Below the pieces are notes generated by a model. It made no database searches. It was not told the DNA's origin and was given only the letters and a program-made list of their open reading frames with translations. A stretch of 64,000 bases of DNA from Octopus sinensis (lineage: Eukaryota), in the NCBI RefSeq assembly GCF_006345805.1, contig NW_021830467.1:1-64000 (forward strand), given 5' to 3'. Below, piece by piece: positions 12,116 to 23,185 of the stretch. Position 1 is the stretch's first letter. Each line of letters begins with the position of its first letter. A program made the translations under genes and the position numbers.

Positions 12116-12747
12116 TTGTCTGCTGGAACCAATGAGGCAGTCTGAAACGCAAGAAATTTCGTAGCTTTTTTGCTCCTAATTGGTCTTTACGAGCAACTCA
12201 CGAAACATGTTTAGCTTTATTTACGCTAGATTGTTTTTTCGCACTCATTCTTCTGATATATTCACGTGTGATGTTTTGCCACCTTATAGACTGTGAATTA
12301 TTTAATATTCACTTTTTATAAACAATTACTCCATCAAATTTTTTGTAAACATTTTTCTCTTTCTTTAATTTCAAATAGAATTCATGAATCATTCTTAACA
12401 TAATTTCATTGCTGTAGAAAAATATCATAAATAAGTGAAATAAAATGCATAAACAGCAGTTATAATGGACATTTTAACACTTTTAAAACATGTTTATCAA
12501 CGGCGACTCCAGCGGTTCAGAAAGAATATAATATCCATTCTGTATCGCAAGAGTCATCGGAGACAGCCATGCTGTAAGTCAATGCGTTGGGAGTTTATAG
12601 AGGGAATTAGAAAATATCTTTCCTTTTTACCTGTTTTGGTCTTTCGACAGAGGCCATGCTGGTGCCCCACTTCGAAGGGTTTAGACCAACAAATCAACAC
12701 CAGCACTTTTTTCTAAGCCTGGTACTCATTCGGTTGATATTTATTGG

Positions 12748-13134
12748 ATACTAGCAGTATCGCCCGGCGTTGCTCGGGTTTGTAAGGGAAATAACCATAT
12801 AAGCATTTTTAGAGATGTAAAGTATAATAGCCATCTCAATATGGCTAACCACAAAGGGGGGTTTTACTGTAGCTTTTTACGTTCTGAGATTTAATAATAC
12901 ATTTTTAGAGAGTTACTTCCCTTATATAATAGCAAAAAAATGCATTAAAAATGGGAAAAAATTATGGTAATTTTTTTTTTAAATCGTAGACTCATCGTAG
13001 ACGCGCGCTAATACCCAGAAGGGCTCGATATGAATCACGACTATAAGAGACCCGCTTTTGGTTACACTGTGGGAGTAGTTAGGAATCAAAATCGTAGGAG
13101 ACAGACACTAAATTTCACTTTTATATTTAAAGAT
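12748..13134 (+). mobile_element. Helentron/DINE-1-like non-autonomous element (HINE-like)
   Basis: 5' ATACTAGCAGTATCGCCCGGCGTTGCTCGGG with a subterminal hairpin; 3' ACAGAC...CACTTTTATATTTAAAGAT. The same termini occur at 26474-26866. Confidence 0.6.
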
Positions 13135-14409
13135 ATATACAGGTTGTCATGCAGTAGTGGGCGACAAAAACATGTATGCATGTATATCTGTGTGGGTGTT
13201 TGCAGTAGAAAGAAACAGTGAAGAGCCAAACCATTGACATCAGTTAAGATCATGGCATTTGCATAGCTAGACATAGTTGTAGAACTGTTACAATAGGGTT
13301 GTTCGAATAGAAGGAGTAAGAAGGTGTACAGATAGTTTCTTACAGCTGTTTCCAGAATAGACACATATATAGTGCATATGCGACATTGCGATCTGAGCAC
13401 TTATTTTATATACCTATCACAATATATAACTATCAATATACCTATCACATACGTTATTAGACGCAATTTTATCTGAAATATCTCTCTCTCCCTCCTTCCA
13501 TTTCTCTCTCTAAATCTATGTATCATGTATATATATGTATATATATATATGTATCCATGCACACTCACACACACATACACACACACACACAGATACACAC
13601 ACATATATCTGTATGTATGTATGTATGTATGTATGTATGTATGTATGTATGTATGTATATATATATATATATACTTACTTAGTTATTTATTTATTTATAT
13701 ATTTGCGACAATGTCCCAAGTTGCGATGCAGTAGGACTGAAGTCAAGATCAGTTGGGTGGGAAAAAAATTCTTGCATCACAGTCACACATACGAATATGC
13801 AAATTATAAATGAATCGTATAATTTCTAAGAAAATCTGAACGCGGATGCAAAAGGAAATAGGAAATATGATGCAAAAATGGGTTTGGGTGGCAGCGTTAA
13901 ATAATTGACTGAGGAAGCAAAACCTCTCAAGCTTCAGACTGATCACAGAAATCCATACATGAATATATTTGGGAGAAAACTCGGCATCGATTTGATTTCG
14001 ATCATTCCTGGTTTTTCCATGTTCTACTCTCTAGAATCAAATAATCAAATCTTTCATCAAATCTTTCAGTCAATGTCACTTTACCTGTCTCTGTCTCTCT
14101 GCCTCTGTTTCACTGTCTAGCTGTTTGTCTGTCTGTCTGTCTGTCTCTCTGTTTGTTGTTTCTGTCCTTGTCTCTGACCCCACTCTCTCTCTCTCACCTT
14201 CATTCCTTCGATGTTTTTGAGCTTCTGTGTCTCACACTTTGCCTGTCTGCATCTCTTTGTGTTAACGTGTGTGTGTGTGTGTGTGTATGTGTGTGTGTAT
14301 GTGTGTGTGTCTATGTGTATATACAAAGAGAGAGACAGAGATTAAGATACACACACGCGTGCACACACACAAACACATACACACACACATATATATATAT
14401 ACACAGATG

Positions 14410-14463
<54 letters not shown>

Positions 14464-15394
14464 TAAGAGTGTATGTGTGTGCATGTGTATGTGTGTGTGT
14501 GTGTGTGTGTTTGTGTGAGAGTGTCTTCTGTGTATGAGTACATTTCCCTCTTTCTCGGTATACGCAACGAACACTCCCCCCTCTTTCTTTATAGTTCTCC
14601 CTTTCGCTCTCTACTTCACCATGTTTCCTTCTCCCCCTCCCCTCTCACTCTCTGATTCTCTCTCCACTTGTACCATTCATGCCACTCTTGCACTCCAGTT
14701 TCGACACTCAACCAAATTACCTGACAAATTCCATCTTTCTACTAACCAAAAATGTCTTCATTCTCACGCGTTCACTCTTAATCTTTCTCCTTCATCCAGC
14801 ACTTCAAAACACATACAACGCACCCCAGTACACACACACACACACCGCGCACACAGTCCCCTACCCATTCATGCGTAAACACACACCTACATACACACAG
14901 ACATGTGTGTACAAAAATGTCCACGCATATACCTTTACTTCCACGGTTTCTTCATCTCGCTCTATTCGTCGAACACACCTCTTCACTATTCGCCACACAG
15001 CTGCAGTTCCGATATTGGTGCCACTGTAACCAGAACCGTGATATTTCCATCGCCATAGCTGACAACAACCAGAGTATTACCACTCTGCCATCACAACCAC
15101 CAACAACTTCAAAAAGTCGCCCCCCCCTACACACACAGACCAACACCTGGTATTCAAAAAGTAATTAGAAACGTCTATTGTAATTCTGTTCAATCTCTCA
15201 TTGAGATAAAACATTGCAATGCGCTACAATTTTTAGATCAACAGCGATTGAAAAAGATATATTTGAATGGGCTACACATACAAACAAACATACACATTCG
15301 TACACACAGACATACGTATACACATATATACATACATACGTACATACATGAATAGAAACCCTCTGATTCAGACGCGCTAGTTCTTTTCTCATTT

Positions 15395-15560
15395 CTTTTC
15401 TCACTATTCATCTCCTTCTTTATTTTTTCTCACTATTCATCTATCCTTTCCGTAAAAGGGTAAAGGCTCGAAACATTAAGCACTTCCGATTTCCTTCAGC
15501 GTCAACTTAATACATTTGTTCTTGTATCCGTCTTCAAGTTCTTTTTTGTTTTTGTACCAT
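15395..15560 (+). mobile_element. Decayed member of the hammerhead-bearing short element group
   Basis: TCCTTTCCGTAAAAGGGTAAAGGCTCGAAACATTAAG resembles the 5299 and 53692 motif; downstream ...TAATACATTTGTT...TCTTC is shared with them. Confidence 0.4.
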
Positions 15561-15945
15561 GTGTGTGTGTGTGTTTGTGTGTGCGTGTGTATATATAAAT
15601 GTATATATGATATATATATATAATAATATAAATAATATATAGATATATGCATATATACATACATATATGTACATACCTACATATATATGTATATAGACAT
15701 GCATATATGGGTACAGGACATCAAAAATAACTTTGAACACAATGAGAAACGAAAACATAAAAACAAAAACATAGAAACGAACATTTTTCAAACAACAAAA
15801 AAACCCAGAGAAACGAGACATACAACATAAAGAATATTCCCCTTCTTCAGTTGTCCCTGTTTCATCTACACCGCGTGTATACATGTATATTATATATATT
15901 ATATATATACATAAAATATTTTATATATGTATATATACACACACA

Positions 15946-15983
<38 letters not shown>

Positions 15984-16769
15984 ATAGCTTAGGACAATCA
16001 GAAAGTAGTCATTATAGTACTCAGAGTTTCAATTGCCGGAGCGAAGAGTTACGATGCATTCTCGTCGATTATTAATGCCAATAGACGTTATGCCAATGAC
16101 AAAAACCAGTAAAAGAGAAAAGATAAAATCTACAAATAACTTAGTTGCTTCATAGCCTGCATTATTTCTTCCACTCTCACTGAATATTTTCAACAGATGC
16201 TAAATATTTTGTTATAAAGCTGTATATAAAGTTTAACGAATTAAAAATGTATCTTAAAATTTCAGTCGCTATTTTTTTCATGCTTTTTTTTTTCTCTCCT
16301 CGTTAAAGGCCAAATCTCATCTGAAACAGATGAGAAAAAAATTAGAAAAATATATGATATGGTCATTCGGAATTGTTTTCTTCAGTAAAACTCTTGAAAG
16401 TAGTATTTCAAATGTCAAGCAGTGTACTTTTGTGTTTCTCGAACATGAAGTGTACAAGAACCTTCTTTTAATGTTTAAGTCGTTTGTCTTTGGTAAACAT
16501 GTTTCACTAGTTCTTGAATGGCTTGATTAATTCAATTTTCGGTTAGTTTTGCGTTGTTTATAACTTCAGATTGAAGATAAGCAGAAATTCCACGTCGATG
16601 TGGGTATTGTAAAGAAAATGGTGATACTACTCAAGAAGCAGGTAAGACAACAACAGAAAATATTTTGAAATTCACGAGGGTGAGAAAAAGCAGAAAATGC
16701 CTTTCTTTGCCTACCATCGAGAGAATGATTTATAGTTCCAGAAAACAGAACGAATATTGCAGACACAGG

Positions 16770-17105
16770 TAAGAGAAGGATAGGTGAAAGAAGTACATGT
16801 GAAGGAACTACAAGTGAAAGCAGTCCAGATGACAAAAATACAGGTGAAAGAAGTACAAATGAAAGTGCGAATGAAAGAAGTACAAGTGAAAGAAGTACAA
16901 ACGAAACAGGAGTGAGAGATAAATGGTTGGAGGAAGAACTAGGTAAGAGAGTACAGATGATGAAAGTACCAGGAATGTACAAGGAAAAGAACTACAGATG
17001 AAAACACAAGAGAAAGAAGTACAGGTAAAGAAAGAATAGGCGAAACAAGTATTGGTTGAAGAAATAGAGATGAAAGATTACCGGGGAATGAAGTACAGGT
17101 GAAAA
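16770..17105 (+). repeat. Degenerate 15-bp minisatellite (GTGAAAGAAGTACAG)n
   Basis: Repeated GTGAAAGAAGTACA(G/A/T) units. Confidence 0.8.
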
Positions 17106-17107
17106 CA

Positions 17108-17310
17108 GTAAACATACTCTTTTACTTGTTTCGGTTATTTTGACTGCGGCCATGGTGGAGCACCATCTTTAGTCGAGCATATCGTCCCCATTACTTATTC
17201 TTTGTAAGCCTAGTACTTATTCTGTCAATCTTTTGCCGAGCCGGTAAGTTACTGGGACGTAAACAAACTAGCATTGGTTGTCAAGCGATGTTGGACACAC
17301 ACACACACAC
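17108..17310 (-). mobile_element. 3' half of SINE family B
   Basis: TACTCTTTTACTTGTTTC...GACTGCGGCCATG...AAGCCTAGTACTTATTC...TTGTCAAGCGATG. Confidence 0.8.
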
Positions 17311-17405
17311 ACACACAAGCATATATACACACATGCGTATATATATATTTACCAGGCTTGTGTACTTATTACTCTACTGTATATATATATATGTATGTAT
17401 GTATG

Positions 17406-17439
<34 letters not shown>

Positions 17440-17627
17440 TGTATTAGTATGTGTATTATATATATATGTATATATATATGTATATATATATATATATATT
17501 ATATATATATATATATATTATATATATATATATTATATATATATAATATATATACAGAGAGAGATTAAAACAACTGACAATGACTTGAATCACCCACTTG
17601 AAACTGTATGTGTTTTTTTCTTCTTAC

Positions 17628-17950
17628 TAAGGGCACGATTACCTGAAATTTTTGACGGAAGAAGTCAGCTGATTGCCACAAGTCCAGTGCTCAACAGGTA
17701 CTATTCTATCGACACCGATAGGATGAAAGGCAAAGTTGACCACGACGGAATTCGAATTCATTATTCTCTGTGCGATAGTCACAAAGTCGTCAATTTCATG
17801 GAGATGAGGTCAGTCGGTTACATCAACCCCCGCCAGTACTATCTGATATTTATTTTATTGACTTCGACCCCGACGGAATTTCAGCTCAGAACGAAAAGAC
17901 CCGGAAGAAACACCGGCGTGCTATAACGATTCGGCCAGCTCGTCACCTTA
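17628..17950 (-). mobile_element. Two overlapping decayed SINE family A fragments
   Basis: GGATGAAAGGCAAAGTTGACC and CGGAATTTCAGCTCAGAACG...GCCAGCTCGTCACCTTA. Confidence 0.7.
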
Positions 17951-18614
17951 TAATTAATTAATAATAATATATCTTTATTGATAAATAAACACATACTTGT
18001 ATATTAGCACATCTAAGGTGAATATTGATTTTTCGCGATTATAAAGTTATTTTAGTATTATATGAATATGTAAAACTTATAGATTATATTCATAGCGGGG
18101 AGAGAAAAAAAGTTATATATTCTGTTTATAAATTATATGACTAGGTGAATTAGCTTTAATACCTTGGAAATGGCTATTAATAGCAATATAAAGGGAAATT
18201 ATTACTCCTATAATTTGTAAAATATCTAGTTACAAATACCTAATATCAGCCCTACGGAAGCGAAACATTAATTTCTTTGGTGGTACGGCAAACTATTTTA
18301 ATTCTCGAGATAACCTTTTACAACGATGATCGATATAAATAAACCATTAAGCAGTGAAACATAACGTAAAAGTACACACAAACACAAACAACATATGAAA
18401 AACTAATACAATTCAATGAATACTATTTGGAGAAAATGGGTTGAGGAATCATTAATAAACGTTTCCAAGAGATAGACTTGTTCTCTTTGACAGGCAGAAC
18501 ATCGTGGGTATATTTAGAAAACTAATGTAACTGGGAAAGAGATTAAAGTTCTTCTGCGAATGTTATGTAAGAATTACTAAGATTATTAATAAGACAATCG
18601 ACGATGGTGTGGTT

Positions 18615-18775
18615 AGGTCCCCGTCACCTAGCGCGGTTCGGCCAAAGAGATCGATCGAATAAGTACTAGGTTTACAAAGAACAAGTCCTGGGCTGGGGTC
18701 GATTTGATTCGACTAAAGGCGGTGCTCCAGCATGGCCGCAGTCAAATGACTGAAACAAGTATAGGAAAAAAAAAG
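18615..18775 (+). mobile_element. 3' half of SINE family B
   Basis: GTCCCCGTCACCTAGCGCGGTTCGGC...GGCGGTGCTCCAGCATGGCCGCAGTCAAATGACTGAAACAAG. Confidence 0.85.
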
Positions 18776-18922
18776 AAAAATGAATTTAATCGGAATTACA
18801 AATATTTCACTACGTTGTAGCGAAATGCATGCATTAATTTAGTTACATCGTGTGTAGTTTTGTCGGTGTCACCAGTGATATCTGCTCCACTAAAGGATCT
18901 CTCTCTCTCTCTCTGTATATAT

Positions 18923-18956
<34 letters not shown>

Positions 18957-18993
18957 AAATATATTAGATATATATATAATATATACATACATA

Positions 18994-19231
18994 CCGGAGT
19001 AAACACATAAATGTGAAACAAGGTGGAAAAAAGAGTACTCAAATACCAGTGGTAGAGTAATATGCTTTATTTAAAAGCAGCAGAAAATTCAACAAAACCT
19101 GTTACTCGGAGTTTCACGTTCCCGCTCGTCGGACAGGACAGTTTTTGCTAGCAAAAACTGTCCGACAAACGGGAACGTGAACTCAGAGTAACAGGTTTTG
19201 TTGAATTTTAGTTGCTTTTAAATAAAGTATA
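18994..19231 (-). mobile_element. Asymmetric palindromic short element in (TA)n (PLE-terminus-like)
   Basis: Arms 19061-19149 and 19150-19231 centred on GCTAGC; an extra ~70 bp extends the left side only; (TA)n on both flanks. Confidence 0.8.
19098..19137 (-). ncRNA. Minimal type I hammerhead ribozyme fold (U4C variant)
   Basis: CCTGT|CCGACGA|GCG-GGAA-CGT|GAA|ACT-CCG-AGT|A|ACAGG. All three stems pair and the cleavage triplet is GUA. Confidence 0.7.
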
Positions 19232-19273
19232 TATATATATAGATATATATATATATATTATATATATATATAT

Positions 19274-19320
<47 letters not shown>

Positions 19321-19430
19321 CATTAATTAATAAATCGTAGGGTAGCAAAAAACATTTTTAGAAAAATTCTCTGTTACCAGTGGTCTAGCGAGAAAAAAAT
19401 CTAGCCAATAGACTATATATTATTCGTATA

Positions 19431-19533
19431 AAAATACAGTGTACATTTAAACACATAAGAGCTGGCCATATCATAGCGAGTCAGATGTCCTGTTATGGCC
19501 ATCTCGTATGTGTTTAAATGTACACTGTTTTTT
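19431..19533. other. 40-bp-arm hairpin (mini-MITE or pre-miRNA-like)
   Basis: AAAATACAGTGTACATTTAAACACATAAGAGCTGGCCATA / TATGGCCATCTCGTATGTGTTTAAATGTACACTGTTTTTT with a 23-nt loop. Confidence 0.8.
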
Positions 19534-19567
19534 TATATCTACCTATCCATTTATCTATCTATCTATC

Positions 19568-19751
19568 TGTTCTATATTTAAGAGATGAGGAATTATGTAT
19601 GTTATATACATTATTTACATTTGGCGGATATTTGTCTTCTTAACACAACGTTTCGGCTGATATCCAGATGAAGGCCGGAGGGTATATCAGCCGAAACGTT
19701 GTTAACAACAAACAAGATTAGAACAAATATCCGTCACATGTAAATAATGTA
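19568..19751. mobile_element. Asymmetric palindromic short element with a decayed hammerhead
   Basis: Arms TACATTATTTACATTTGGCGGATATTTG...CAACGTTTCGGCTGATAT and their inverse. On the plus strand: CAGATGA|A|GGCCG...CAGCC|GAA|ACGT|T at 19665-19700. Confidence 0.65.
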
Positions 19752-19949
19752 TCCATCTATCGACCTGTTTGTCTGTCTCTCTCTATCTCTATATGTCTGC
19801 CTATCTGTTTGTATTTCTCTTTCACTCTCTCTCCCTCCCTCTCTCTCTATCTATCTATCTATTATCTGTCTCTGTCAATCTGCAGCAAAACCTTGAAGAA
19901 CCTTAGGTGAACTAATCAACCCCCATACGTATATTTTTTCATGAGCGTG

Positions 19950-20230
19950 ATACTTATTCTATTGGTCACTTTAATAGAACCGCTATGTTACGGGGTCGTA
20001 AATACACCATCACCGGTTGTAAGCGGCGGGGGATGGGTGGGGGTCAAACACACACAAACACACATATATATATAGGACAGGCCTCTTTTAGTTTCCGTTT
20101 ATCAATTCCACTCATAAGACTTTGGTCGATCCAAAGCTCTAGTAGAAAATAATTGCCCCTGGTTCCATGCAGAGGGACTGAACCTGGAATAGTGTGGGTG
20201 GGAAGCAAACGTCTCACCACACTGCCACGC
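19950..20230 (-). mobile_element. Old SINE family B
   Basis: GTTTCCGTTTATCAATTCCACTCATAAGACTTTGG...GGGACTGAACCTGGAA...CACCACACTGCCAC. Confidence 0.75.
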
Positions 20231-20598
20231 TAATATCTTTTAATCGAAATCAAAGACTATTTTCGGTATATTTTGCAAGATATTATTTATATTATTGCAG
20301 TAATGCTCAATTCTGAAATTTGATTTTAATTCAGTAATTAATATTGAATTCGTGTATGCCTGGTTAAATTCTTTGCTGTAATACAAACAAATGTCCTTAC
20401 AGTATTTGCGATTTTCTATGAATCCCTTCATTATTTTACAGAGTCAGTCGTTACATTTCATTGGCTTTTTATATAAGTAATTTTCAGGCTGCTTTGCCAT
20501 TCTGTAGACCACTGTTGAGGCCCATACCCTCATTATATTTTAGCGCTGAAAGTAATAGAAACACATACATGTATTCAGAGAAATAATGTTTAATGTAA

Positions 20599-20631
<33 letters not shown>

Positions 20632-20637
<6 letters not shown>

Positions 20638-20845
20638 ATCCGAACATGAAAGCACAAACAGAAAACACAACAACGCGAGGACGTGGAACAAGTATAGTAT
20701 TATTGGACGCCCAGGAAAGAAGGAAAGAAGGAGGGTTTAACGTTTCGAGCAGACCTCTTCGTCAGAAACATAGAAAAAGGAAAGATCCAAAGAAGGGAAG
20801 ACGGAAGGAAAAAAATCGCCAACGGTACACACGCGGTCACATTTA
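20632..20845 (-). mobile_element. ~215-bp hammerhead-bearing element in (TA)n
   Basis: Unique-composition insert bounded by (TA)n; pyrimidine-rich lead, hammerhead, then about 105 nt to (TA)n. Confidence 0.7.
20734..20769 (-). ncRNA. Minimal type I hammerhead ribozyme fold (canonical core, extra A, palindromic ACGU stem III)
   Basis: GTTT|CTGACGA|A|GAG-GTCTG-CTC|GAA|ACGT|T|AAAC. Confidence 0.7.
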
Positions 20846-21680
20846 AAAAATGTATATATATATATGTTTTGAAGAGATATGGTCGAACAAATTGATGCCA
20901 GTACTCACTTTTTAAAGTCTGGTGGTTGTATTAAATTCTAAATAGGGACACAAGAAAGGAAGAGACGGAAAATACACACACAAGCGTCTATTAGCATTCA
21001 AGGATCCTTAAAATTTCGCGCCTTTAACGATAATATTATTCACATTTGATGGAATCATCGGTGAAAAGCTGTTGGGAATAACGTAACTGTATATGTTTAT
21101 ATACGACAATAGAAAGTAAAATATATATGATGCAAGCAAAATAAGGCTGTGCAGCTGAAAGACAAGATGAAGATATGAATAGCGCAAAGGAAAATGTGTT
21201 ATAAGACTGGAACGAAAAAGGGAACAGATTGAATATCTGAAGGAAATGTGATAAAAGACGAAGAGTGAAAAAAAATAAACAAACCGCGTTGAAAGTAGAG
21301 AACTAGACGAAGGAAATAGGAAATGTGGTAGTGGTGTTGCAGAAAAGTGGCGAAGGCAGAGCGAGAGAAGGCAACAGATAAGAAAGCCTCAAAGAGGAAG
21401 CAACACAGAGGAGAATGGTGATAGAGAAAGGGACACAGAGATTGAGAAGAAGAAAAAAAAAGAGAGAAAAAGAGATAGAAATAGACGTCACAAAACTTAT
21501 TGAAATGCATCGGTAAGAAAATAAACAATGTGTAGCGTTATATTAAATAATAAGTTCAAAAATGTCATTGGAAACACAGAGAAACAAACGGAAAATATAC
21601 ATACAAAACGAGACGTTGCTAATTCTTGTTAGTTATCGTCCAAAATATACTTACAAATTCACATTATATATATATAATAT

Positions 21681-21712
<32 letters not shown>

Positions 21713-21714
<2 letters not shown>

Positions 21715-21906
21715 CAAAAATTAGAGAACTGACCACTACAAGTGGATAGCCTATATGCTAAAAGAAGACGTCAAATCGCATTACCACGAAGAATGTGTTC
21801 TCAAGAAAAATCTCAGTAAAAAAACAAAATGTAAAAATAAGCAAGGCAAATGAAAATATACGAAACAAAAAAAACGATTACCTATGCACCATTGGTTTCA
21901 CTTGTT
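21713..21906 (+). repeat. Repeat unit A, directly repeated at 22253-22449 with an older relative at 47160-47330
   Basis: ACCACTACAAGTGGATAGCCTATATGCTAAA...GAAGAATGTGTTCTCAAGAAAAATCTCAG...GATTACCTATG(C/T)ACCA. Confidence 0.9.
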
Positions 21907-22092
21907 AATATTTACGTATATACACACGCAAACATCTGCAAGATCGTCAGCATAGTCTGTCGTTTACAAAACACAATTTCCAGAACTAGATACAGAACGC
22001 CCAACCGAAATTCACTATGTATAAAGTTCTACAATTCATATTTAAGTGTAACTTTCAAATACCTTCACTTTGGAGCACTGAGATCGGAAACT

Positions 22093-22694
22093 ACTCTGCA
22101 GTTAATAAACTACAGCAGTCAATTTAGCGGTTAGAGAACATTTTTAAAAAATCTACTTTAAAATTAAATAAGGGTAGAAATTGATATTAATCAATTAAAA
22201 ACCAGTGGCTTAGCATATTTTAAAAAATCCAAAGATTAAAAATTGTTTTACATACAAAATTTAGAGGACTAACCACTACAAGTGGATAGCCTATATGCTA
22301 AACATAGACGTCAAGTCGCCATTACCACGAAGAATGTGTTCTCAAGAAAAATCTCAGCAAAAAGCGAAAATGTAAAAATAAGCAAGATAAATGAAAATGT
22401 ACGAAACAATAAAAAACGATTACCTATGTACCATAGGTTTCACTTGTTCTGTAAATTGTGTTTTGTAAACGATAGGCTATGCTGATGATCTTGCAGATGT
22501 TTGTGTGTTCATATACATAAATATTAACAACTATGTAAAACAATTTTTAATCTTTCAATTTTTTTTAAATATGCTAAGCCACTAGTTTTAATTGATTAAT
22601 ATCAATTTCTACCCTTATTTAATTTTAAATTACATTTTTAAAAAAATGTTCTCTGACCGGTAAATTGACTGCTGTAGTTTATTAACTGCAGAGT
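22093..22694. mobile_element. MITE-like element with ~160-bp inverted arms enclosing a copy of adjacent DNA
   Basis: 22093-22254 is the reverse complement of 22532-22694. The interior is unit A plus an inverted copy of 21904-21981. Confidence 0.75.
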
Positions 22695-22699
22695 TTATT

Positions 22700-22855
22700 A
22701 ACTTTGTGTCACGCTGAATCTCCACAAGAATTACATTAAGAGTACACGTGTCTGTGGAGTGCTCAGCCACTTGCACGTTAATTTCACGAGCAGGCTGTTC
22801 CGTTGATCGGATCAACTGGAGCCCTCGTCCTGGTACCGACGGAGTGCCACGGTGC
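22700..22855 (+). mobile_element. Isolated 3' tail module of SINE families C/D
   Basis: GTGTCACGCTGAATCTCC...GTACACGTGTCTGTGGAGTGCTCAGCCACTTGCACGTTAATTTCACGAGCAGGCTGTTCCGTTGATCGG...CGACGGAGTGCCAC. Confidence 0.88.
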
Positions 22856-22962
22856 ATGAACATGTTCTTAGCTAAGTACAGAACATGAGAACAAAGAGTT
22901 TTAATTTCTAATTGTTAATTCCAATATCCTAAGATTTGAAATGGTAATATTTGATAATACTT

Positions 22963-23185
22963 AAGGCGGCGAGCTGGCAGAATCGGAAGAATGAGGGGGA
23001 AAATGCTTAGCGTTATTACGTCCGTTTTTACGTTCTGCGTTCAAATTCCACCGAAGTCCATTTTACCTTTCATGCCGTTGAAAGATCGAGAAAGTAAGTA
23101 TTATTTGCACACTGGGGTCAATGAATTCAGTTTATCCCTTCGCCCCCACAGAAACTGGAGCTCTTTTGCTAAAGTTTGAAATCAA
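22963..23185 (+). mobile_element. Old SINE family A, tail class 2
   Basis: AAGGCGGCGAGCTGGCAGAATCG head; GCGTTCAAATTCC box B; tail TTTTGCTAAAGTTTGAAATCA. Confidence 0.8.

Larger units (their letters stand above)
11290..12165 (+). pseudogene. C-terminal RLE relic of a CRE-like non-LTR retrotransposon, split by two SINEs
   Basis: With the SINEs removed: KHGLDATGIPSQL*PVGQDRGDGKRPNGMTVLPFCGGRPLDWQATYCDTF...KSKLSRYRSLFDMFMVEPVSV...SLMQRISLVILQGN. This matches the CRE-type DGKRPDG / WD.T..DT / KY / QR.S...QRGN motifs. Confidence 0.8.

Noticed and set aside
20240-20431. 63-aa minus-strand ORF in non-microsatellite DNA
   Set aside because: No recognisable motif, and the length is expected by chance in this window.
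22470-22500. GYADDLA / DYADDLA (RT-like YADD) in unit B, also containing CTGATGA
   Set aside because: There is an in-frame stop just upstream, no other RT motifs, and no GAAA or stem for a hammerhead. It could be chance.
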